Origin: Raillietiella orientalis
Taxonomy: Eukaryota
Length of the DNA stretch: 64,000 nucleotides
Reading direction: 5' to 3'
NCBI GenBank assembly: GCA_036172245.1
Contig: JAYWIR010000002.1
Coordinates: forward strand, 2,790,001 to 2,854,000
The first letter of the stretch is position 1, and each line of letters begins with the position of its first letter. Made by a program: the position numbers and the translations under genes. This document shows, one piece after another, positions 53,960-64,000 of the stretch. Under the pieces are notes generated by a model, which saw only the letters and a list, made by a program, of their open reading frames with translations, was not told the DNA's origin and made no database searches.

Positions 53960-55359
53960 GTTTCGTCGAGAGGGAGTTGTAGGAAGCAGATGCTCGATAA
54001 AATGGAGGAGTCCTGCGGCGAAGGAGCGTGATTTGGAGGTCTGAAGAGGCCGATGAGCACCTCTCGACCGAGTGAGCATCGGCCTCTTTCGGTGGCCGTC
54101 AAGGAAGACCCAGCAAAAGCCTACTCGAACCCACACAAGTACACGAATGGTTTCTTTCCTGGAACTATGCCCGCAGACCCAACATCCAGTTGTTTCGAAT
54201 TCCTGCTGGGGTGTGAAGTACAACGTTGGCTCGCGTGTTCTTCGTTACAGCGTAGGACGTCAAGGGATTTCAGCAGCTAGCACTGAAGACAAAACTCCTT
54301 TGACGTGGTTGAGAGGAGAGGAGGGGAGGAGGGGGAGAAGAAGAGTTCTGGATCATTCTCCGGGTGGAACAGTGTTTCCTACGCGTAGTGTGCTGTGTCA
54401 CTCGTGCTTTTGTACCAAGCACGGTCTGAGGATTTGGTGCCACCTAATTGAAACAACCCGGAGAAAAAAAGGTATCTCAGTTTGCATGAGCTTCATGGTG
54501 TGGTTCTTGTATCTCCGTAGATGTACCGAACCTTACGGAATAAGACAAAGGTTGCAGCGATCAAGCAAAGACCAATCTGTCATCCAACCAGATATTCCAA
54601 CATGTGGATTTCAGAAAGCAGACGTTGCAAAAGAGTTCCTTGCTTCGGCTGTGAAGCTCGGTTTCCTCAATCAGATGCAGGCAGAAGCATCCTAATTGAT
54701 CGGTATTCTGTCAGGTGACGAAGAGACTGACCAAAGATCGGATCATTTCGACGAAGCAAAAGCAACACGCTTTCCTGATGCTCCAGGAAAATGTTGAAAA
54801 TGCCTGACATTGCTTGTAGTCGCAGCCCGGTTTGGTTTACCGGACTCGGCACTCTATTCGAAACTCGTGAAAGAATCAGACGTGCGATCGTCCATCTCAC
54901 AAAGTGGATCAGCTCATGCTAAGATCCTCGTTCCACGTGTAAAGAAGAGCGAGACTTCTCGGATGAGAAGGAACCGATGACGAAGGACGCATAAAGATCA
55001 AAGGCAGCAGCCATCCGTCAGCTGATCCAGCCTGGATAGACATTGATTAGCCTGATGTGTGTAGCCTGGTGATTCTTCAGTATTCGAGCCAACGTTGTGC
55101 TTCACACCCCAGCAAGAATTCGAAACAACTGGATGTTGGGTCTGCGGGCATAGTTCCAGGAAAGAAACCATTCGTGTACTTGTGTGGGTTCGAGTAGGCT
55201 TTTGCTGGGTCTTCCTTGACGGCCACCGAAAGAGGCCGATGCTCACCCGGTCGAGAGGTGCTCATCGGCCTCTTCAGGCCTCCAAATCACGCTCTTTCGC
55301 CGCCGGACTCCTCCATTCTTATCGAGCATCTGCTTCCTGCAACTCCCTCTCGACGAAAC
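53960..55359. repeat. Near-perfect inverted duplication: arms 53960-54233 and 55085-55359, spacer about 850 bp
   Basis: Arms differ by 7 substitutions and 1 indel over about 274 bp. The ORF track also shows mirror ORFs (54053 + / 55265 -; 54072 + / 55246 -). Confidence 0.95.
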
Positions 55360-57588
55360 GTTGAGCGTTTTTCTGAGGGCGACAAATGCAGGTAGTTATT
55401 CGGAATGTGAACCGTCTAGCCAGATGCGATGAACTTTGACAAACCAGCAATTACGTTTCCAAGGCGCAGTCGGAATTCTTGGGAACGAGCCGCCTGCATC
55501 GATTACAAGGAAACGAACTTGCCTGTCGTCGAGAAGCGAGCCCCGCGCGTGCTGGCAAAAAAATACTGACATGTTTCACCTCCGACGCTCTCGCTGCTCC
55601 TTCTGTCTTGTATCTTCAGGGATATGATCGTACCCATCAACACGTCTCCCCTGGCGAAACCGTGGGGCTTTCTCGGGCAATGAGCTCTCCGAGAAGACCT
55701 CAAAGGAGGCCCCTCAGGGTGTTTTCTTTCGTGAAAGTGCTTGTCTTGTTGCTATTTTGGCAAGTTAATTTTGCTTCTGTCTCGAGAGTGGCTGTGCCTA
55801 TGCACACGTCTTCCGGTCATTTCAGCAGAGCAGAGTAGAGGGAGGGGGAGAGAGAGAGCAGGTCGATACGGCCACTCTTCTGTTGTCCAACTAGAAGAAC
55901 GCCAAGGCTGCAAGTAATCGAAAATTGCAATTTTGAGTACCACTTCTTGATCTCGTTGAGGTATAAGCAGGATGGATGGATCACTGTTATCTCTTCATGC
56001 TCTTAGTATGGCAAGCGTCAGTGCTCGAGGGAACGACATGAAAACAACGGAACGGAGAACTCGCATTTGCTAAATGTCAAAGGTCAAAGCAATCTGAAGC
56101 TCTGAAACGTTCCTCTGGACTTTTACACCTGGAGAAAGTCCTGCTTTGTCGCGTAAACTAGAGGAGGAGAGGGAGGGACTGCTTTTCAGAACGAGCTGAA
56201 CGAAGGCTGACTGCTTCGAAAGCGCCCTCATAAAACCCCGAGGTCCAGGTTTCCGCAACTTTCCTGCCTCGCACCAAGAGCACCTCGCACAAACCGTTGG
56301 GAAATTTCGCACGAACACCGGACCTGAGGCCATTGAAGCATTTCTCTTCGTCCTTCGGTTATCGTTTGATTCTACACGGGGCTCAGGAACACAAGCAGGA
56401 GAGCAAACTTATTCCGAAAGATTGCTGTTTTGAATTTGCGCAGAAATTTATCGGTATCCTCCACTCGATTTTCGCCCATGCACTCATCAGGTCACACAGG
56501 ATAAGTAAGAGAAGTAAATCTGTGCTTTTTCTGAACGCTGTCTCGAAAGGCTGGGTGCAGAAAAGCGTTTAGCATTATCCGAAGGAAAATTTCTCGACCC
56601 CTATCCCACTTTGAACAATACTCCCCGTTGCTTTCATGTGTATTCTTCAGTTACATCCTACCGCACTGAGAACCTCTAACGAGACAAAATCATTAGCTTC
56701 CTTAGCGTATTTTGATTGCAATCGGCGCTCCACAGATGAATGGTTGAAACAACTGAAAAGCCAAAACAATAAAAGGCTGATTAGAATATACCCTATTTGA
56801 CCGTCTTGCGTGGGTTTCAAGGAAGAGCGTTGCACCTTTCCTTCAACTCTCATCCCAATGCATCAGAATTCTCCTTTAATCATTAAAAGCGAAAACTCAG
56901 AATAACTGGATTCTCACTGGACTTTCACCAGCTCTCTTATTTATTAAAGATGTGCTGGTGCTCACAGTTCCCGAAGACATGTGTCCATGTGTCCTGCTTT
57001 GTGTCATTTGTGTGAAAAACAATTCCATTTTATTTGTCCTCAAAATTCTCGTCATCAATGCGGCCCTTGAGCAAAAGCGGGCCTCTTGTACACCTAATCC
57101 TTCTGACCTTGGATCTCTAACATCAGAATGAAGCTTTACCAAGTACTAGCTAGCAAGGCCATGCGGGTCATAAACACTATTTGGTGCAATCACAAAATTT
57201 TATGATCAGTAAAAAAAAAAAAAAAAAAAACAAGACACATTGAACACATTTGCACTACGGAAGCTTATTCAGTGATGATCTCTGAAATCCTCAAAAGAGC
57301 AAAGGGCGGCACATTTTGGGCACTCTCCACGCTTGAGGAAAGCTTCAGAGAATCAACATCCAATTTAATGGATCCAAAGTGAAATATCAGATTCCGAGTT
57401 TACGGCTGGAATCACAGTAGAGACTGTTGTAAAGTCCAATCAGTTAAAATCAGTGACAGCGTGCTAGGGAAAAATTTGGAACACTAGCCATCGAAAAATC
57501 TCAGCATAGCTATTGATCAGAGGCCCCAGGAAATTTCCGACTCCCATAAGAATGACCCAGCTTTTCACGAATAGGGACTCCTTTTTTG

Positions 57589-57612
57589 GAAGAAGAAGAA
57601 GAAGAAGAAGAA
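57589..57612. repeat. (GAA)n microsatellite
   Basis: About 8 tandem GAA units. Confidence 0.9.
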
Positions 57613-60600
57613 ATGCAAAAATCATCGAAGGTTTGTGGTCCAAGGAAAAATTTTAAGCAACGAAGAAATCCTGGCCTTTAAGCTGCCATATCAGAAACTT
57701 TTGAATATTAGAAACGAAGATCAAGGCACATTCCTCAGTTGGGGAAGGAGAAGGAATTTCGATCGCGTAGTTTGCATTGGGAAATCATCCGAGATTCGTG
57801 GTGTGACGCTTTGCCGTCTGACAAGCCTAAAGGAACAACGACTCGCGCGAGAATTTCGAAATTCTCTGGTAGAAATAGGAACACATGGATAAGTCAAGCA
57901 CACTAATGAAACACGTGTTTCACTGTAGCCAATACGGACATAGGAATGTTGTTGTCACAAGACAGGTCCTACATCGAGTTGGCAATCAATTCTTCGATCC
58001 AGATGCACGATAGCTTTCTCCAGGATACTCGGTTTCGATCCCTCATAAAAACTGGTTTGCTGCAGTTTGGATTAAATCCACGAGGTTCGGGAAATTCAAT
58101 GAACTGGTGAGAGTAAAACAGCTGCCAAGCAAGCATACCAAGAGTTCCCGACAATTTAATGCCACTCAGATAGAAATCATCGTCTCTGTAAACAGATTCA
58201 GAGATCCAGTATATGCTTGCGGTCTGCCGTTTCAAGTCATCAGAATGACAATCAGTTCAATGATGTTCCACGCATGTGTTTCGACAGTTGTGATATCTCC
58301 AACGGATCGCATTCAGTAATAGCATAAGTGACGAAGACAAAACGAACGAAATGGATGGGACAAACTGAAAAACACGCAGAATAAAATAATTTAACATTTT
58401 TGCTGCGTGAAAAAACGACAGGGCCTGCGAGGTTTGTTTAAATTAGGAGCCCATGGTTTCCATTTTGAAATAGCAGTCATGCAGCACTGTTCCCACCAAT
58501 ACTTCCGGATGTAAACACGTCTACCATTAAATTGACCAAAACATTCTTACAGCTTGCTTGTGACGTGACACACAGCTCTGCGAAATACCACGTATGTTCA
58601 AAAAAAAAAAAAGTATACAGCAAAAAAATCAACGATCAGCATTTCCCCCCCCCTCCCCCCCAACTTAGCGCTGACACCATTTCGTAAGGTATATCTTTAT
58701 GGATTCTGCGTATAAGTGAACACTTCTCCCCCTTCAGAGGTATAATTTCGCGGTGTTAGGGTCACTGTAGTCATAACAAGCCAAGGTGAGTGGAAAAGAT
58801 GGAATTTTCTTGCAATCAACAAGTTCCGACGGTATTTCAATATGCAAACTTTTTCACGTTTGATACATTTCTGCTGTCTTCATACATAGCGATTCGAAAC
58901 TCTCTTTTTTTCCCAGCCTTACAAATTTCTGCCTCCCATGATGGGAAATGACGAAAACTATCAATGGAGAAGAAAAAAAAAAATGCAATTCGATGATTGT
59001 GAATGTTGTGGTTGCAACGTTGCACTGGAACGACCAACTTAATCCATAGGACACACGAAATGAGTCGGAATCGGAGAGGCAAAAAAGGAAACGGAAAATC
59101 ATACAAGATGGCATTCAGGACAACAACAAACTCAGGACACATCACTTGCAAGGAGACCTACACTTGGAAGAGATCCAGGATGACTCAGCACACTCCACGT
59201 GACGAGATGGGGAAAGCAAACAAAATTTGAATGTTAATAGAACTTGCTAATGAACTGGCTGAACAGTAAAAGCCATACTGAGACGTTTGTGCATTGCCAA
59301 GTTGCTTGCGTTGTACGTTAATAATAAGTAAAAAAAAAAAAATCCGTTATTATGTCTACTGGACATTCCTGTGCACTCTGGAAGGAAAACGTATGCTTCT
59401 TCATTCTTTTCACCTCTGCAACACAATTAGACCAAAAGATTGATCACACACATTCCTACGTGCTTAACGGGGACAATCATATGTGCTATGTAAAATAGAG
59501 GGAATAGAGAGGAAAACCTTTTCATAGTACTGATGAAATGAATGCTCAAAAGACCTATGGAGCAAACGGTATATCACCGCGTCGAAACTTTACTCTGTGC
59601 ATGCTGCACCCATACAAATACAGGCAGTTAGCTACGGGAAGCTGCTGATATTTACTTGTATACAGTGGGAAAAAAATCTTTCAAGAGTTAACATAAAGGT
59701 GCTATGCATTGCTGTAATAAAAGTGAAGGACCTTTTTAAACAAGGAGCATAAGTTGCAAGAAAATTTAGCACATCACGAACTCACCATTCCGCCTCACTT
59801 ATGTTCGAAGGCGTAACCAATCTAAGTTTGCCATGAGCTGATTCGTCATCATTATTCGCATATAGTTTCCGGTAAGGTTTCTTTTTTTTCTCTCTGATTT
59901 TCTTTGACATCATAATGAATTATTGCTTGCAGGCATGAGAGCTTTTATTAATAAACTCATTTGAATCCTATAACTCTTGCCATTCTCTGTTATCATTTTA
60001 AAAAATTCTACACGATAATTCTAAAAATCGTTCAGAATTGCCGTATTGAATTCAAGCAAACATGTACAAAAAAAAATCTGTGTGAATTCTATCTGTAAAT
60101 TATTTACTTTAGCTAAATTCAAAGAAACTTTATTGAGTAGGTTCAGAGGTTAGCTATTTAATTCCTAACAAAAATTATCCATGCAAATTGATTGATTCTT
60201 CAATTTGTATTTCTAATTCGTTTTCTTCAATTTGTATTTGTACTTCCTTGATGCATTTCATCATGAAATACATTCCCGGGTATTTTCCGATTACCACAAG
60301 TCAGTTTATGTGTTTCTACAAAGACATCTATTTTTTTATATTTCAGAAAGTCCGATTGCTGAGACAGTATAAAGCTAATGCGTAAGTAGGATTCGTAAAA
60401 CACACTTCGTAAAAGGCTGAAATAAATTGGAAATATAATAATAAATTGAAAATTACAGAATTGGAAATAAAATAAAGGGGGGGGCTTGCTAAGGCAATGC
60501 AATTTCTAGAAATTACGAAGAAGAAATCGTCAAATTGGTAGAAGATACAAAATTAGGAAGGAATTTTAGTTTTTTCTTGTAATAAGTAGGCCTTAGAACT

Positions 60601-60717
60601 AAATATTCGCATTAACTCAAATATTCAACTGCTAAAATGAAAATACTTGCTAATGTATTCTCATTTTGGCATACTCAACGCACCTACTATCAATACTCCC
60701 GCTATCCTACTATAGTC

Positions 60718-60794
60718 AACACAACTACTATCAGTTCCTTGTTTCTGAATGTTACTGCAGAGAGTGTAGCATTGCAGTCGATGTCAAAACCCAT
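60718..60794 (+). pseudogene. 77-bp copy of an HGH1 coding segment (source 63232-63309)
   Basis: AACACAACTACTATCAGTTCCTTGTTTCTGAATGTTACTGCAGAGAGTGTAGCATTGCAGTCGATGTCAAAACCCAT versus source: 3 substitutions and a 1-nt deletion. Confidence 0.85.
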
Positions 60795-62923
60795 ATGGGT
60801 TTAGTCTCAGAACCAAGTTCCTTCCAATGCAAGTTCATTTGACAGATTAATGTAAATGGAGAAAAAACAAGTTTCATTTACGTTCCAAAATTTTGTGCTT
60901 TGTGAATGTATATTACCAAATAAGCAAATATAAGTTATTCTGTGAAACTCTGTAAGGTTGTTTGTGTTGTCCTTAAAAACACTAAACCTTATTGCTATGC
61001 GGGTATAACCATAAACCAAGTCAGACTAGAGAATAAAAAATGTGTCTAATGCTTTCGTTTAGTCTCAGAACGTGAATCTTTTGTTTCATTTAAGATCAGC
61101 GAGTTAGGTGGAAGTATTCTTAGTTTTCGTATGAAGAATAAATTGGTAGTAATCTCTAAATTTCTCAAAGCATTCAACCCGCGAGAGAAAATGGGAAGGT
61201 ATTTTAAACGTTTTCTCTGCAGTTTATCTATAACATTATATTTCAAAGTAATCAAACGAAAAATTGTTTATTTCATAAAAAAAAAAAACACTTGCATTAA
61301 TACTGAGTAGCAACCCTGAAAGAACTCACAATTTAAAATGCTTCTACTAAAATCAACGTCAAAACGAATTTATGGAACTTCCAATAAGGCAACAAATGAA
61401 AAATGAACATGCAAAAATTTCCATTGAGTGAACTGAACTTTAAAATTGTTTTCATTTCTCACTCGGGAACTTTTTTGGTTGTTTTCTATGTGCATAACAT
61501 ATGTTCGTGTTTCCCTTGATTTTATTCCTCTAAATATTTGGATTAACTACAAACCACTTCGTGATATCTTCTTACATCTGATAATTTCTGTTTGAAATTT
61601 TACTTCGTTTTCGTTTCTACCATTCCAACTTTTTATCTTTCTTAAGATTCAAGGATAAATTTGCGTTCTACGCCAACTATGTACCAATGTCCCTAATTTA
61701 CCTTGCAACCAATTCGTCCGCTTTAATACTTCAGTTTAAATACTTGTGAGAAACAATTGCACAAATTGAGAAAATGAATAGATAAATAAATAGATATTGG
61801 ATTTCAACTTTAGCTTCCACACTCCTAGGGGTTCTTTAAATTTAAAAAAAAAGCTTCTGTGGCTACTACTAGCAGACAAAATGGTACAATTTTATTTTCC
61901 AAAATACGTGATATCAATCCAAACTGCAGATATATCTGAAATGAAAATGAATACCAACCGACATTTCCAACTACGTGTATCCTCTAGATTGGAAATGTTA
62001 GAAGATACAATCCATAACATAACATCTCTCATCTTTGGATATTTCATCGCTTGTGTTACCAACAAAGTGAAAACCCTTTATTCCGGTACGAGTTATGGCA
62101 GCAAAAGGAAATATACTCACGTTAAGCACAGTTTTTTTTTAAAAAAAAGTCCATAAACGAAAAGAGAATTAGTTTTACTGTTGTCCTTTTCCCTGACTGC
62201 TAAAATGGCTATTGATGCAAGTTGAAATCTCTAACAAGCAAAAATTTCAGACATTTGGGTTTATAGCACACCTAAATCTACTTTGATGGGTAGAAAAAGG
62301 AATAAAATAAAATACTTGTCATTAAAAAAAAAAAATTCATTTTGAACTAAGTAAATGCAATGTAAATCTAAAGAAAAATGTTAATAAAATCTAAACTGAC
62401 GATTTGACCCATAGGTTATAGATATAAAATTAATATCCTTAAAGTGATTCAAAACTCATGTTCAGCAACTCAGTTTACGAAAAAATAAATAATGAATTAC
62501 TGAATTTGAAATCTGGTTTCGAAGTTTTTACGCAAGCATTTCGAAGAAAATTACGGAATCTTTTTTCTCATTTTTGTATCCAAACAATAACTTTGATAAT
62601 TAAACAGGTCCATTTAGAATAGTTGCAAATTGTGAATAACAAACAGTACATTTCATGAAAAAGTTGAACCTAAGTCTGAAGAACATCTGGTTTTCTATGC
62701 ATTTCCTCAGCATCCTTATGTGAGAGGAGACTCATTAATTATCAGCATGATTGTGAGGGCGCTAATTATAGAAATTTACTAAAACTTTAGGAATGTGCTT
62801 GTCATATTATCACATATGCACAAAGTGTACTTTCAAAATCAGGAGTAGTGTGCGTTGAATATGCATTAGTAGTGACTTATTCGTGAATGGTGTTTTGCCA
62901 GTTCTATAAGAGGCAGTTTGAAC

Positions 62924-64000
62924 ATGGACCTGGAAAATAACTTGCAAGCATTATTGGGTAATTTCCTTTCATATTTCTTGTATTTTTAAGTAATATGCAA
63001 GCTGCAAATAGCATACTTATGAAGAAATCATTATCATACGAAAGAAATTGTGTAGGTTGCTATCTTGAATGAACACATGCAAAAACTAAGTTTTTCAAGT
63101 GTTTTGATTGCTTCTAATGCGCACCCTGTAATCCTTTAGGAATTTCTGCATCACAAGAAGGGCCCATGACGCTTGTTCAGGAAGAGGATCTCATTAAAGA
63201 ATTACTTCAAATTGTAAAGTTGCATTCTCTTAACACAACTACTATCAATTCCTTGTTTCTGAATGTTACTGCAGACAGTGTAGCATTGCAGTCGATGCCA
63301 AAAACCCATGTAGTTCATTTGATAGATTACTGCTTAAATGAGCTATTTCATCAGACAAATGATCAAGTATTGCAAATTCTATGCAATGTGACGCATGTTC
63401 CTTCTTATTGTGAGGAGACTGTAAATATGTTGGATCAAAAAAAGATACCTATCAGTGAACTAGTAGCTTTAGGCTTCTCAAGCAATGGTAACAAGAGTTG
63501 CAGGTTCCGTCAAGATGCAGTCTATTTATTGTGTAATTTGTGCCAACTTTCAGAATTCAGGAAGTAAGCACAGAATTGTGATTACCATGTTACATTACTT
63601 ATTTTTTGTCATTATGTTTCATAGAAAGTTTCTGTTGAAGGACCTAGTAATGTTTAAAAAAGTCTGTTCACTCATGGAAGATGACTCATTACATACCCAC
63701 ATAGCAGTTCAGGGATTAATTAAGAATTGTTGTTTTGAGACTGGTAAGGAAAAGTGGAAGAACTTTGGAAATAAACAATTTTGTTTTAGCACATCATGAC
63801 ATATTATTGCAAGATGATTTGGATATTCTGGGAAGGATCCTGTCACCTTTGATGGCTCCTGAAGTTTCTTCAGAAGAAAACTCAATCACTGGGGAACAGA
63901 GAGATCTATATATAAGTCTTTGTATAGTCTCCCTAGAAGCATTATTGCAGCTGTGTGCTACTGAAAGAGGCAGAGTCATCATGCGCAGCAGGGATATTTA
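62924..64000 (+). CDS. HGH1: HGH1 homolog (eEF2 co-chaperone, DUF383/DUF384 ARM-like). Exons about 62924-62957 (start uncertain), 63140-63563, 63625-63743, 63790->64000
   Basis: Spliced peptide includes AVYLLCNLCQLSEFRKKFL, VQGLIKNCCFET, HHDILLQDDLDILGRILSPLMAPE and LEALLQLCATERGRVIMRSRDI. These match the HGH1 signatures G.LRNCCF, H.WLL...DILP.LL.PL.GPE and EA..LL.AT..GR...R. Intron phases are consistent. Confidence 0.88.

Noticed and set aside
54038-54097. SECIS element (ATGA...GA tandem mismatch)
   Set aside because: The upper helix is far shorter than in a SECIS, there is no apical AA motif, and no selenoprotein ORF is nearby.

Overview
Eukaryotic (invertebrate animal) genomic DNA with spliceosomal GT-AG introns, many only about 45-100 bp. 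Most of the supplied ORF track is shadow noise from GC-rich sequence. I read five spliced genes by hand: the 5' part of DLG5 (minus strand, running off the left edge), a near-complete bifunctional PAPS synthase (PAPSS, plus), a DDIT4/REDD1 (scylla/charybde) gene (plus), a probable C2orf81/DUF4639-like gene (minus), and HGH1 (plus, running off the right edge). Base composition is strongly mosaic: AT-rich flanks around a GC/CpG-rich core. The most striking unexplained feature is an array of about 12-14 short stem-loops at 35485-36077. Their sequences diverge but their pairing is kept by compensatory changes, which suggests a structured RNA repeat. Also present: three inverted repeats (a 122-bp MITE-like element, a diverged ~105-bp pair, and a ~97% identical ~274-bp pair with a pre-miRNA-like hairpin in each arm), an unevenly conserved direct repeat flanking a PAPSS exon, and a templated-insertion-like copy of an HGH1 exon piece. 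All calls come from manual reading and recalled family motifs; no searches were run.
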